Origin: Clostridia bacterium | Lineage (GTDB): Bacteria > Bacillota > Clostridia > Oscillospirales > CAG-272 | Reading direction: 5' to 3' | Length of the DNA stretch: 64,000 bases | Assembly (NCBI GenBank): GCA_017631085.1 | Contig: JAGBTY010000047.1 | Span: 5,302 to 69,301, forward strand | In this document: piece after piece, positions 47,871-57,701 of the stretch | Position numbering within the stretch: position 1 is the first letter of the stretch | How the letters are laid out: the number at the start of each line of letters is the position of its first letter | Notes under the pieces: model-generated | Seen by the model: only the letters and a program-made list of their open reading frames with translations | What the model was told of the DNA's origin: nothing | Databases searched by the model: none | Position numbers and translations under genes: made by a program

Positions 47871-47912
47871 TAAAAAATCCTTTTGCACAGAAGCTTGATT
47901 GATAATATCCTC

Positions 47913-47941
47913 TTGACAAAAAGAAAAAAATATAGTAAAAT
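47913..47941 (+). promoter_or_regulatory. Sigma-A type promoter for rny
   Basis: TTGACA - 17 nt - TAAAAT. Leaves a leader of about 165 nt. Confidence 0.6.
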
Positions 47942-48109
47942 ATAAAAAGATATATGTGTCATAAATGCAACTTTCATCCGTTGAGCGTTAAAACCTACGC
48001 TGTAAACGGTTCTAACTGCTTTGAATTATCCGAAAACGAACGATAAACGGATTTATGATATTTTATATGAATCTTTGACAACAAAATAAAGACAAGGAGG
48101 TGTTTTTAA

Positions 48110-49654
48110 ATGGGAACATGGTTATGGATCGTCGTCTCGGCAGTCGCATCAGCCTTGGTGTTCTTCTTTGTCGGTTACGTTGTAAGACGTAAAAATGCAG
48201 AGGCCAAAATAGGATCTGCCGAAGAAGAGGCAAAACGCATCAAGGAAGACGGATTTAAACAAGCCGAAACGATGAAAAAGGAAGCTTTGATATCTGCAAA
48301 AGAAGAAATACTTAAGCAGCGTAACGAAGCCGAAAAGGAGCTTAAAGAGAGACGTGCAGACGTTTCCAGAATGGAACGCAGACTTACTCAAAAGGAAGAA
48401 AATCTTGACAAAAAGACCGAAGCGCTTGAGCATAAGAGTGAGCAGCTTGACAAGAAGATCAAGGAGAACGATGCTCTTCGTGAACAGATAAACGAGCTTC
48501 GCGAAAAGGAGCTTTTGGTGCTTGAAAAGCTGTCGGGAATTTCCTCCGAAGAAGCAAAGGCAGAGCTTCTTGCAAGAGTAGAATCCGAGATAAAGCATGA
48601 ACTTGCACAGCGTATGTCCGATCTTGAAGCAGAATTCAAGGAGGAGGCCGACGAAAAGGCAAAGAACATAATCTCGCTTGCAATTCAGAGATGTGCAGCC
48701 GATCACGTTGCTGAAACCACCGTATCGGTAGTTGCTCTTCCCAGTGAAGATATGAAGGGAAGAATAATCGGTAGAGAAGGTCGAAACATTCAAATGCTTG
48801 AAAAGCTGACGGGTGTTGAGCTTATTATTGACGATACCCCCGAGGCCATTACTCTTTCGGGATTTGACCCAATAAGAAGAGAGACTGCGAGACTTACTCT
48901 TGAAAAGCTTATTGCTGACGGAAGAATCCACCCGTCAAGAATTGAAGAAACTGTTGAGAAGGCAACTCGCGAGGTCGAGGCTGTTATCAAACAGGCAGGT
49001 GAACGCGCAACCTTTGATGTTGGTATTCACGGAATCAACCCTGACCTTATAAGAATGCTTGGAAGACTTAAGTTCAGAACAAGTTATGGACAGAACGTAC
49101 TTAAACATTCCATAGAGGTCGCACTTATATCAGGACTTATAGCAGACGAGCTCGGCGTAGACAGCGCTACGGCAAAGAGAGCCGGATTGCTCCACGATAT
49201 AGGAAAAGCACAAACACACGAGATGGAGGGCTCACACGTAGAGCTCGGTGTAAATCTTGCTAAAAAGTACAAGGAAAGCAGAGACGTTATTCATGCTATT
49301 GAGGCACACCACGGTGACGTTGAAGCACAAACCATCACGGCAGTTATAGTTCAGGCGGCAGATGCCATATCCGCAGCTCGTCCCGGTGCACGCCGTGAGG
49401 ATCTTGAAAACTACATCAAGCGTCTTGAAAAGATCGAAGAAATTGCGAAGGAATTTTCAGGCGTTGATAAGGCGTACGCCGTTCAGGCGGGACGTGAGAT
49501 CAGAGTTATGGTCAAGCCCGAGGAGGTCAACGACGACGGCATGAAGATCATTGCTCGTGAAATGGCTCAGAAGATACAAGAGGAAGTCAAGTATCCAGGT
49601 CAGATCAAGATCAACATTATCAGAGAGAGCAGAGCAGTCGATTACGCAAAGTGA
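48110..49654 (+). CDS. rny: Ribonuclease Y
   Basis: 514 aa. N-terminal TM, coiled coil, KH ([12 protein letters not shown]), HD domain (LLHDIGKA). Confidence 0.96.
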   Translation: MGTWLWIVVSAVASALVFFFVGYVVRRKNAEAKIGSAEEEAKRIKEDGFKQAETMKKEALISAKEEILKQRNEAEKELKERRADVSRMERRLTQKEENLDKKTEALEHKSEQLDKKIKENDALREQINELREKELLVLEKLSGISSEEAKAELLARVESEIKHELAQRMSDLEAEFKEEADEKAKNIISLAIQRCAADHVAETTVSVVALPSEDMKGRIIGREGRNIQMLEKLTGVELIIDDTPEAITLSGFDPIRRETARLTLEKLIADGRIHPSRIEETVEKATREVEAVIKQAGERATFDVGIHGINPDLIRMLGRLKFRTSYGQNVLKHSIEVALISGLIADELGVDSATAKRAGLLHDIGKAQTHEMEGSHVELGVNLAKKYKESRDVIHAIEAHHGDVEAQTITAVIVQAADAISAARPGARREDLENYIKRLEKIEEIAKEFSGVDKAYAVQAGREIRVMVKPEEVNDDGMKIIAREMAQKIQEEVKYPGQIKINIIRESRAVDYAK

Positions 49655-49767
49655 TCACAGTCTGCTAAATTCGGTTTCTCCATAGGAGATGTCTATATAT
49701 TTTACATAAATACCCTCAAGGTAATAAGTGGAAGATAAGCTTCCCAGTGAAATAGATAGTTAAAGAG

Positions 49768-49800
49768 CAAAACAGGGGATGGAAACATCCCCTGTTTTGC
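49768..49800 (+). terminator. Terminator hairpin after rny
   Basis: GCAAAACAGGGGATG-GAAA-CATCCCCTGTTTTGC. Confidence 0.7.
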
Positions 49801-49839
49801 GTTATCCAAAAAATTCCTTAAAAAAAAGCAATTGGGCTA

Positions 49840-49868
49840 TTGAAAAAATTGTTGTTTTATGGTAAAAT
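49840..49868 (+). promoter_or_regulatory. Sigma-A type promoter for the S11 carboxypeptidase gene
   Basis: TTGAAA - 17 nt - TGgTAAAAT. Confidence 0.6.
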
Positions 49869-49896
49869 TATAAAAATTGGTTTAGGCGGTGCATTT

Positions 49897-50976
49897 ATGG
49901 GAGAAATGATCAGCTCATTTGTGATAAAAATATTGATAATCGTTGCAGCGCTTGCGGTGGCGGTATGTGTTGCGGTAGGTGTCATATTAGGGGTTAAGCA
50001 CTCCAAGGAGAATGATACGGGCGATGGCGGTGCTGTCCAGACGGGCGGTGACGTCGATGATGATGGTCTTGGCGGATCACCGTTATATAAGACAAACGCC
50101 ACGAGAAGCAGTTACATAGGCACGTCGGACTCGTCTACAAAGCTTATTGAAGGCATAAAATCAAATAACGCAATTCTTGTGGAGCTTGACGGGTATACGG
50201 TAGTCGCTTCAAAGGGAGCGGACGAGAAGATATATCCCGCATCGATGACAAAGGTAATGACGCTTCTTGTGGCTTGTGAGATGGTTACTGATCTTGAAGA
50301 AGTGCTTGAGGTAAAAGAAGAACATATTAATTTTCTGGTGCAGAGCGGAGGTTCGGCGGACGTTACGTTCACGGCGGGTGATTGGGTAAGGGTTGAAGAC
50401 CTTCTTAATTTGATCATTTACGATTCGGACACTATTGCGTGTCTCTTACTTGCGGAGAGATATGGCGGAAGCGAAGCGGGATTTGTCGAGCTTATGAACA
50501 ACAAAGCCGAGGAGATGGGGCTTACGTCTACTAATTTTAAAAATACTACGGGACTTCACGACGCGGAGCATTACACCACCTGTCGTGAGATGGCGGCGAT
50601 AATGGCGTATTCCTTTGAGAATGAGCTTGCAAAAAAGATACTGACCGCTTATGAGGGGTACAGATTTAAGACCTATGAGGCTGACGGCAAGACGGTCAGG
50701 GATACCCATCTTTCGTGGAGCGATTGGTACAGTAATAAAGAAAGATTCTATAATAATCCTGTAATATCGGGGTCTAACCCCAAGGTTACGGTGATTGCAG
50801 GAAAAACGGGCAAGGAAGAAATTCCGAGGAACTGTTTTGTAACCTATGCCACAGATGCAAACGGAGTTGGATACGTTGCGGTCACAGTCGGCCGTTCAAA
50901 CGAATCTCAACCCGGGGTGTTGGCCGCCGAATCAACGGCAGATATGAAATATATTTATAGAAATTACGTAAAGTGA
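49897..50976 (+). CDS. Serine-type D-Ala-D-Ala carboxypeptidase (peptidase S11, low-MW PBP), membrane anchored
   Basis: SxxK motif YPASMTKVMT. N-terminal TM. The track start at 49840 coincides with the -35 box of the predicted promoter, so the ATG at 49897 is preferred. Confidence 0.8.
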   Translation: MGEMISSFVIKILIIVAALAVAVCVAVGVILGVKHSKENDTGDGGAVQTGGDVDDDGLGGSPLYKTNATRSSYIGTSDSSTKLIEGIKSNNAILVELDGYTVVASKGADEKIYPASMTKVMTLLVACEMVTDLEEVLEVKEEHINFLVQSGGSADVTFTAGDWVRVEDLLNLIIYDSDTIACLLLAERYGGSEAGFVELMNNKAEEMGLTSTNFKNTTGLHDAEHYTTCREMAAIMAYSFENELAKKILTAYEGYRFKTYEADGKTVRDTHLSWSDWYSNKERFYNNPVISGSNPKVTVIAGKTGKEEIPRNCFVTYATDANGVGYVAVTVGRSNESQPGVLAAESTADMKYIYRNYVK

Positions 50977-51004
50977 CATTCCTCTCAAATATCATACATT
51001 TTAG

Positions 51005-51038
51005 AAAAGCCTTCTCCGACGGAGAGGGCTTTTTTGGT
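51005..51038 (+). terminator. Intrinsic terminator after the S11 carboxypeptidase gene
   Basis: AAAAGCCTTCTCCG-A-CGGAGAGGGCTTTT, then TTGGTTTT. Confidence 0.8.
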
Positions 51039-51077
51039 TTTGTGGCGTGAGGTATCTTACAAATAACAACCCTTTGC

Positions 51078-51115
51078 GGTAGGGGAGGGGTTTACTCCTC
51101 CCGAAAAAATACGGC
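51078..51115 (+). repeat. GTAGGGG-type intergenic repeat element, copy 2
   Basis: GGTAGGGGAGGGGTTTACTCCTCCCGAAAAAATACGGC. Internal hairpin GGGAGG/CCTCCC. Confidence 0.65.
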
Positions 51116-51127
51116 TATCCACACATT

Positions 51128-51160
51128 TACGGAGGGCGATTCATGAATCGCCCCTACAAT
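51128..51160 (-). repeat. GTAGGGG-type intergenic repeat element, copy 3 (inverted relative to copy 2)
   Basis: Minus strand reads ATTGTAGGGGCGATTCATGAATCGCCCTCCGTA. Hairpin GGGCGATTC/GAATCGCCC. Confidence 0.65.
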
Positions 51161-51181
51161 AGAATGATGAAATATATAAAA

Positions 51182-51213
51182 CCAAAAGCTCCCTTTCTTA
51201 AGGGAGCTTTTGG
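51182..51213 (-). terminator. Intrinsic terminator after alaS
   Basis: CCAAAAGCTCCCT-TTCTTA-AGGGAGCTTTTGG, followed on the minus strand by TTTTAT. Confidence 0.8.
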
Positions 51214-51234
51214 TGCAAAATACAGATAATTTAA

Positions 51235-53865
51235 TTATATTTTAAGCATCGCTTTTACTTGTGCTTCTGCGACAGCGAGAGCTTCGCTTATCTTGGAAGT
51301 GTCCTGACCGCCTGCCATTGCGTTGTCGGGACGTCCGCCGCCCTTACCGCCTGTAATCGCGGCAACTGCGCCAACCAGCTTACCTGCGTGGACTCCTGCG
51401 GCAACTGCGTCTTTACCTGCTACGGCAATGAAATTGAGCTTGCCTGCAGCATTGATAGCAAGTACTGCAACTGTGTCGGGGTTGTTTGCTTTTATCTCGT
51501 CAGCAAGTGCTCTTGCTGTCTCTATCTGCATATCGTCAAGCTTTGCGGTGGCGAGCTTAACGTTTCCGAGTATTGCTGCTCCGTCAAGTATTGACGAGAG
51601 CTTGGAGGAAGCAAGCTTTGCGTTGAGACTGTCAAGCTCCTTCTTCATGGAGTGGAGCTCGCCCTGAAGCTGTGCCGCTCTCTTTGCGATCTCGGTGGGC
51701 TGAGTCTTAAGCTCTGTAGCTGTATCAACAATTGTCTTCTTCTGGTCTTCGAGGATCGCGAGAACTCCAAGTCCTGTCGTTGACTCGATACGTCTGACAC
51801 CTGCAGCAACCGAGGACTCGGAGATTATCTTGAAGAGTCCCACCTTTGCGGTATTACTTACGTGTGTTCCTCCGCAGAATTCCGTGGAGCAGTCGCCCAT
51901 CTTAACGACTCTGACTACCTTGCCGTATTTTTCTCCGAAGAGAGCCATAGCTCCCATCTTCTTTGCACTTTCAATGTCGGTCTCAACAGTATCTACAGTA
52001 ACACCTGCAAGAATGTTTGCGTTGACTAATGCCTCTACCTTTGCTATCTCCTCCGCTGTGAGAGCTGCAAAGTGAGTGAAGTCAAAGCGTCCGTTTTTCT
52101 CGTCAACGTAAGATCCCGCCTGCTCAACGTGCTTTCCGAGGACCTCACGGAGAGCTGCCTGAAGCAGATGGAGAGAGGAGTGGTTACGCTTTATTGCTTC
52201 GCGACGGCATACGTTTATGGAAGCCTTGAGCGTATCGCCTACCTTGATAACTCCGCCTGTCATGTTACAGATGTGGAGATAGATTCCGTCGGTCTTCTTT
52301 GTGTCAAGAACGGTAGCGGAAGAAGAGTCAGAGGATACGCACCCCTCGTCGCCTACCTGACCGCCGCCCTCTCCGTAGAAGGGGGTTTTATCAAGTATGA
52401 GGGTGAATTCTCCCTCAGATATTTCCTCGACAGATGTGTCGTCTGCAATTATAGCGAGTACCTTTGCATCGCAAGAGGTGTCTGTGTATCCTACGAATTC
52501 GGTCTTTGTAAGGTCGGAGAGAAGGTTCTTTGAGGACTCGTCCCAGCCACCGATATTTCCTCTTGCGGCTCTTGCTCTTTCTCTTTGCTCCTGCATGAGA
52601 GCTTTGAAAGTGTCCTCGTCAATGTCAAGTCCCTTTTCGGCAACTATTTCTTTGGTAAGGTCGAGAGGGAAGCCGAATGTGTCGTAAAGACGGAAAGCAT
52701 CTTCTCCCGAAATGGTCTTATCTCCCTTTGCCGTTGCGTCCGCAATGATACCGGAAAGAATGGAAAGACCTGCGTCAATTGTCGCATCAAATCTTTCTTC
52801 CTCGATCTTGATGACCTTGAGGATATAATCCTTCTTATCTGCAAGTTCGGTGTATGCGTCGATATTCTCACCGATAACTACCTCGCAGAGTTCGCAAAGG
52901 AATGGACGGTTGATTCCGAGAAGCTTACCGAAGCGGCATGCTCTGCGGAGTATTCTTCTGAGGACGTAGCCGCGTCCCTCATTTGAGGGGATAACTCCGT
53001 CGCTTATCATAAAGGTTGCGCTTCTGATGTGGTCTGTAACGACACGTATCGCAATGTCGTCGTTCCCACCCTTGCCATATTCCTTATTTGAGATGGAACA
53101 TACGGTATTGAGTATCTTTCTTACAGTATCTACCTCAAAAAGATTGTCCACTCCCTGCATAACGCAAGCAAGACGCTCAAGTCCCATACCTGTATCGATA
53201 TTCTTCTGGGCAAGTTCGGTGTAGTTTCCGTTTCCGTCGTTGTTGAACTGGGAGAATACGTTGTTCCATATCTCCATGAATCTGTCACAGTCGCAACCGG
53301 GCTTACAGTCGGGAGAGCCGCAACCGTACTTGATACCTCTGTCAAAGTATATCTCGGAGCAGGGACCGCAAGGACCTGAACCGTGCTCCCAGAAGTTGTC
53401 TGCTTTTCCGAGACGGACTACGTGAGAGGGCTCAACTCCTATTTTATTTACCCAAATCTCGTATGCTTCCTCATCGTTCTCGTAGATAGAGGGCCAGAGA
53501 AGCTCCTTCGGGATCTCAAGTGTCTCTGTGAGAAACTCCCATGCCCACGGAATAGCCTCTTCCTTGAAGTAGTCACCGAACGAGAAGTTTCCGAGCATTT
53601 CGAAGTATGTGCCGTGACGAGCTGTGTGACCAACTCTGTCAAGGTCGGGTGTGCGGATACATTTCTGGCAGGTAGTGACTCTGTTTCTTGGAGGAATTTC
53701 CTCACCTGTGAAATATTTCTTCATGGGAGCCATGCCCGAATTTATAAGAAGAAGTGATTTGTCATTTATAGGAACGAGGGGGAACGAGGGGAGTCTGAGG
53801 TGTCCCTTTGACTCGAAAAAAGAGAGATATTTCTCTCTGAGCTCATTGAGCGAAGTCCATTGCAT
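51235..53865 (-). CDS. alaS: Alanine--tRNA ligase
   Basis: 876 aa. Class II core, editing-domain HxxxH/CxxxH (HSSLHLL, FCGGTH), C-terminal DHHA1-like domain. Confidence 0.97.
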   Translation of the reverse strand: MQWTSLNELREKYLSFFESKGHLRLPSFPLVPINDKSLLLINSGMAPMKKYFTGEEIPPRNRVTTCQKCIRTPDLDRVGHTARHGTYFEMLGNFSFGDYFKEEAIPWAWEFLTETLEIPKELLWPSIYENDEEAYEIWVNKIGVEPSHVVRLGKADNFWEHGSGPCGPCSEIYFDRGIKYGCGSPDCKPGCDCDRFMEIWNNVFSQFNNDGNGNYTELAQKNIDTGMGLERLACVMQGVDNLFEVDTVRKILNTVCSISNKEYGKGGNDDIAIRVVTDHIRSATFMISDGVIPSNEGRGYVLRRILRRACRFGKLLGINRPFLCELCEVVIGENIDAYTELADKKDYILKVIKIEEERFDATIDAGLSILSGIIADATAKGDKTISGEDAFRLYDTFGFPLDLTKEIVAEKGLDIDEDTFKALMQEQRERARAARGNIGGWDESSKNLLSDLTKTEFVGYTDTSCDAKVLAIIADDTSVEEISEGEFTLILDKTPFYGEGGGQVGDEGCVSSDSSSATVLDTKKTDGIYLHICNMTGGVIKVGDTLKASINVCRREAIKRNHSSLHLLQAALREVLGKHVEQAGSYVDEKNGRFDFTHFAALTAEEIAKVEALVNANILAGVTVDTVETDIESAKKMGAMALFGEKYGKVVRVVKMGDCSTEFCGGTHVSNTAKVGLFKIISESSVAAGVRRIESTTGLGVLAILEDQKKTIVDTATELKTQPTEIAKRAAQLQGELHSMKKELDSLNAKLASSKLSSILDGAAILGNVKLATAKLDDMQIETARALADEIKANNPDTVAVLAINAAGKLNFIAVAGKDAVAAGVHAGKLVGAVAAITGGKGGGRPDNAMAGGQDTSKISEALAVAEAQVKAMLKI

Positions 53866-53944
53866 AGTATATACCTTTCCTTATGTAGAAGTTTTATTTA
53901 CCAATATATTATTATATCACTAAAGTCCTGCTGTGTCAAGCATT

Positions 53945-54793
53945 TCAGGGATTATTGTCGCACAGAGCCGCGCCGATAACGGTTGAGAACTGTGAAAGCT
54001 CGGGAATAATAAATTTTACTCCAAAATTCTTCTCAAGTCCGTCAAATACCGAGGCTATTGGCTTAAGAGTTGTGAGATTTCCTGTAAGTACGACGTTCTT
54101 CAGACCGTAGCTTCTTGCGGCAAATACTGCGAGCATTGCCACTGTTTCGGCTACCATGTTACAGATACCGAGAGCAACGTCGTTGTTGTTTGCAATATCC
54201 GAAAGCTTACCAAAGTTCGAGGCGGTTATCTCTTCGTTTATCTGAAATGATTTGTCTCCCGAAATGTCCTTGATGCGAAGGTCAACGTTATCGAGATTTC
54301 CCTCGGCACAAAGCTGTTCCAGGTGCTCTATGGTGTCTACTCCTATCATTTTCTTGGAGAGACCGAGAAGCGTTCCTCCACCCACACCCGTGCCGCCGAG
54401 ATATTCTGTATTTACTTTGCCGTTTTGCTTTTTTGCGTGTATGAGAGCCGTACCCGTGCCCATGCTGACCACTATTGCATCGTCAAGGCCAGAAAGGTAA
54501 AGTCCACCAAGTCCTACACACTTGAATTCGGAAACCTTTTCGCAGGGAAGAGAGTAGAGGGGCTTGTCTATAAAGGAAGCGCCTACTCCCGTCATAAGAA
54601 CACGGTCAATGTCAGATAGCTCAAGGCCGTTCTGCATGGTGAATTTTCCAAATGCTCCGTATACCGATGTTATGGCGTCAGTAGCTCTTACGAACAGTGG
54701 CTCGATAAGATTATTTTCCGTGTTTGAATCTTTGCGGAAGCCGACTATTTTCGTTGTGCTTCCTCCAATGTCTATACCGATGACGGTTTTCAT
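53945..54793 (-). CDS. coaW: Type II pantothenate kinase (CoaW / fumble-like, ASKHA fold)
   Basis: 282 aa. IGIDIGGSTTKIV phosphate-1 loop, VSMGTGTA, LGGTGVGGGTLLGL. Confidence 0.8.
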   Translation of the reverse strand: MKTVIGIDIGGSTTKIVGFRKDSNTENNLIEPLFVRATDAITSVYGAFGKFTMQNGLELSDIDRVLMTGVGASFIDKPLYSLPCEKVSEFKCVGLGGLYLSGLDDAIVVSMGTGTALIHAKKQNGKVNTEYLGGTGVGGGTLLGLSKKMIGVDTIEHLEQLCAEGNLDNVDLRIKDISGDKSFQINEEITASNFGKLSDIANNNDVALGICNMVAETVAMLAVFAARSYGLKNVVLTGNLTTLKPIASVFDGLEKNFGVKFIIPELSQFSTVIGAALCDNNP

Positions 54794-54837
54794 ATAAAAA
54801 CCTCCGAAAAAATAAAGTTAATTTATTATAACACCAT

Positions 54838-54866
54838 ATTGAAAAAAAATCAATGATGTGATATAA
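54838..54866 (+). promoter_or_regulatory. Sigma-A type promoter for the HAD-IIA phosphatase gene
   Basis: TTGAAA - 17 nt - TGaTATAAT. Confidence 0.6.
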
Positions 54867-54906
54867 TATTTTTGAAAGATTTATAAAAAACGGAAGGAAA
54901 AATGCA

Positions 54907-55725
54907 ATGAAAACATACGAAAAAGAGAATTTTATCCTGAATGACAAAAAACTTTTTATATTTGACATGGATGGAACCATCTATCTTGGCGGAAATCCCT
55001 TTGATTTTGCCATAAGATTTATTAAAAATCTCAGAAAGAGTGGAAAAAAGGTACTTTTCTTTACCAATAACGCATCTCATACCACTCCTTTTTATCAGAA
55101 GAAGCTTGCCCGTCTCGGCTTTGAGCCCCTCGCTGATGAGATAATGACCTCGGGCGACGTAACTCTTGAATTTCTTAAAAGGTACAGAGCAGGGAAGTCG
55201 GTATATCTTGTAGCAACCGACGAGCTTGTGGAGGAATATAAGCGCGAGGGAATAAATATCCTCACAGGAGACGAGGAGAGCGCTGATATAGTAATTACCA
55301 GCTTTGATACTTCTCTCACCTATAAGAAGCTTGACGACGCTTGCCGTCTTATCAGAGGTGGAGCGGAGTATCTTTCCACCCACCCCGACATGAACTGTCC
55401 TACCGAGAATGGCTTTATACCCGACAGTGGAGCTATTGCGGCTCTTGTGACCGCATCGACGGGAAAGACACCTACCTATTTTGGCAAGCCTTATAAGGAA
55501 ACTATTGAGATGATAGGAGAGGCAACGGGATTCTCAAACGACGAGATGTGTATTTTTGGTGACAGACTTTATACAGATATAGCCCTTGGTAAGAAATTCG
55601 GAGTGACCTCGGTGTTGGTTCTTTCGGGAGAGACACAGCCTGCCGACGTTGAAGCGGCAGATGAGGCTGACCGCCCCGATCTTGTCTTCGGCTCTCTTGA
55701 TGACGTGGACAAAATAATGTTTTAA
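54907..55725 (+). CDS. HAD-IIA family sugar-phosphate phosphatase (NagD/YutF-like)
   Basis: 272 aa. FIFDMDGTIY motif I, FFTNNAS motif II, GDRLYTDI motif IV. Confidence 0.85.
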   Translation: MKTYEKENFILNDKKLFIFDMDGTIYLGGNPFDFAIRFIKNLRKSGKKVLFFTNNASHTTPFYQKKLARLGFEPLADEIMTSGDVTLEFLKRYRAGKSVYLVATDELVEEYKREGINILTGDEESADIVITSFDTSLTYKKLDDACRLIRGGAEYLSTHPDMNCPTENGFIPDSGAIAALVTASTGKTPTYFGKPYKETIEMIGEATGFSNDEMCIFGDRLYTDIALGKKFGVTSVLVLSGETQPADVEAADEADRPDLVFGSLDDVDKIMF

Positions 55726-55741
55726 GGATGCGGTATTTTTT

Positions 55742-55769
55742 AGGAAAACTTTTTGAAAAAAGTTTTCCT
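55742..55769 (+). terminator. AT-rich hairpin after the HAD phosphatase gene
   Basis: AGGAAAACTTTT-TGAA-AAAAGTTTTCCT. Confidence 0.4.
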
Positions 55770-55892
55770 ATGACCTTTCAAAAACCTTATTGAAATTATA
55801 TTTTACGGCGTACCAAAAATTATTTAAAGTTTTTGGGAGGTCTCGGAACCCTTTTGCAAAAGGGTTCTGAGAAAAACAGAAAGGAAAAAATT

Positions 55893-57647
55893 ATGGCATT
55901 TGATGCGGGTATGCTCGCATGTACCCTTGCTGAGCTTGAGTCTCTCGCTCTGGGGGCAAGGGTGGAAAAGGTATATCAGCCTGAAAAGGACGAGATAATC
56001 ATACAGATAAGGAGTCATGAGGGAGGAAAGAAGCTTCTCATAAACGGAGGCTCGAACAATCCGAGAATAGGTTTTTCGGAAACCAAAAAGGAAAATCCTC
56101 AAAATCCTCCTATGTTTTGTATGCTTCTCCGTAAACACCTTCAGGGAGCAAAGCTTTCCGAAATATCTCAAGCCTCATTTGACCGAGTAGCGTATCTCGG
56201 ATTTGACGGCAGAGATGAGCTTGGCTTTGAGACAAGAAAATATCTTATCGTCGAGCTTATGGGAAAATACAGCAATATTTTCTTTGCCGACGAAAATAAA
56301 AAGATAATCACCGCTATGAAGACAGCAGATCTGTCATTTGACAGTGTAAGGCAGATGCTTGCAGGAATGAAATATTCACTTCCATCGGCAAACGGAAAGA
56401 CCGATCCACTTGAGGTCACGAGAGAGGAGTTTTCAGAGCTTTATAGGAGATGTCCGCCTGAAAAGAGCTGCGATAAATTTATTGTAAATACTTTTATGGG
56501 AATAGCTCCCGTGGTGGCTCGTGAGATATGCTACAGAGCAACGGGACATACGGATACGCCTCTTTCTTACTGCTTTCTTGAGGATGTGACGAGAGAATTT
56601 TTCGCGGTCGTAGACAGAATAAAGTCCAAGACCTTCGAGCCGTGTCTTGTGCTCGATGGTGAGAAGTCGGTCGAATATTCCTTTATGCCCATAGAGCAAT
56701 ACGGCATGGAAGTAAAGAGATATGAAAGCACGGGAGCACTTCTTGATGCTTATTTTGAGAGCCGTGACAATGTGGCAAGGGTGAGGCAAAGAGCCTCGGA
56801 TATTCTGAAGCTTCTTACAAACGCAGAGAGTCGTATACGAAAAAAGCTGGAGATACAGAGGGAAGAGCTACTTGAATGCGAAAAGGGAATGTATTTTAAA
56901 AAGTGCGCAGACCTTATAACTGCAAACATATACAGGCTTTCTCGCGGCACAGCCAAGGCGACCTTTGACGACTACGAGAGTATGAGAGAGGACGGCAGCT
57001 TTGATGTGATAGAGGTGGAGCTCGACACAAGACTTACGCCTGCCTCAAACGCTCAAAGATACTATAAGAAATACAACAAAACCAAGAACGCAAAGGTAGA
57101 GCTTACAAAACAGATAGCTCTTGGGGAGGCGGAGCTTGAATATATATACAGTGTTTTTGAGGCACTGACAAAGGCGGAAACTCCTGCCGATCTCCTTGAG
57201 ATCAGAGATGAGCTTTACCGTTCGGGATATGCATCAAGAATGAAAGCCTATTCGTCGCATAAGTCCCACGCACCAAGTGTTATGGAGTTTGTTACTCCCG
57301 ACGGAATGAGGGTGCTCTGTGGAAAGAACAATTCCCAGAACGAGCATATAACACACAGACTTGCCGAAAAGCATGACTATTGGTTTCATGCTAAAAATCT
57401 GCCCGGTTCTCACACACTTCTCATAACAGAGGGAAGAGAACCGACCGACATGGATTTCACATCTGCCGCAGAGATAGCCGCATACTATTCAAAGGCGGAG
57501 GGAGAAAATATAGCTGTGGACTATACCCTTGCCAAGCATGTTAAGAAGCCTGCGGGCTCGAAGCCCGGATTTGTGATATACCACACGAACTGGACGGCGT
57601 ATGTATCGCCAAGTTCAGAGAAGATAGCGGCAATGAGAAAAAAATAA
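55893..57647 (+). CDS. rqcH: Ribosome quality control factor RqcH (NFACT / FbpA family)
   Basis: Start at ATG 55893 (MAFDAGML...) after AGAAAGGAAAAA. NFACT-N, coiled coil, NFACT-R (WFHAKNLPGSH). Confidence 0.88.
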   Translation: MAFDAGMLACTLAELESLALGARVEKVYQPEKDEIIIQIRSHEGGKKLLINGGSNNPRIGFSETKKENPQNPPMFCMLLRKHLQGAKLSEISQASFDRVAYLGFDGRDELGFETRKYLIVELMGKYSNIFFADENKKIITAMKTADLSFDSVRQMLAGMKYSLPSANGKTDPLEVTREEFSELYRRCPPEKSCDKFIVNTFMGIAPVVAREICYRATGHTDTPLSYCFLEDVTREFFAVVDRIKSKTFEPCLVLDGEKSVEYSFMPIEQYGMEVKRYESTGALLDAYFESRDNVARVRQRASDILKLLTNAESRIRKKLEIQREELLECEKGMYFKKCADLITANIYRLSRGTAKATFDDYESMREDGSFDVIEVELDTRLTPASNAQRYYKKYNKTKNAKVELTKQIALGEAELEYIYSVFEALTKAETPADLLEIRDELYRSGYASRMKAYSSHKSHAPSVMEFVTPDGMRVLCGKNNSQNEHITHRLAEKHDYWFHAKNLPGSHTLLITEGREPTDMDFTSAAEIAAYYSKAEGENIAVDYTLAKHVKKPAGSKPGFVIYHTNWTAYVSPSSEKIAAMRKK

Positions 57648-57662
57648 ATAACAAAAAGGCAT

Positions 57663-57696
57663 GACGCAATATGCGTCATGCCTTTTAAGCTTTTAG
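57663..57696. terminator. Bidirectional intrinsic terminator between rqcH and tpiA
   Basis: AAAAAGGCATGACGC-AATAT-GCGTCATGCCTTTT. Confidence 0.85.
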
Positions 57697-57701
57697 ATCA
57701 A

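Noticed and set aside
47053-47919. 288 aa minus-strand ORF (and 46677-47249, 190 aa)
   Set aside because: Antisense to the ribosomal protein genes rplK and rplA.
48149-48931. 260 aa minus-strand ORF
   Set aside because: Antisense to the coiled-coil region of rny. A compositional artefact.
51115-51123. DnaA-box-like CTATCCACA (also TTATCCAAA near 49802)
   Set aside because: These are single 8-of-9 matches inside a repeat element or promoter region. There is no cluster, no AT-rich unwinding element and no adjacent dnaA or dnaN, so this is not an origin.
53866-53944. Possible T-box leader upstream of alaS
   Set aside because: Only 79 nt with no T-box sequence (AATTAGAGTGGTACCGCG-like) or specifier/antiterminator architecture. 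alaS is probably co-transcribed with coaW.
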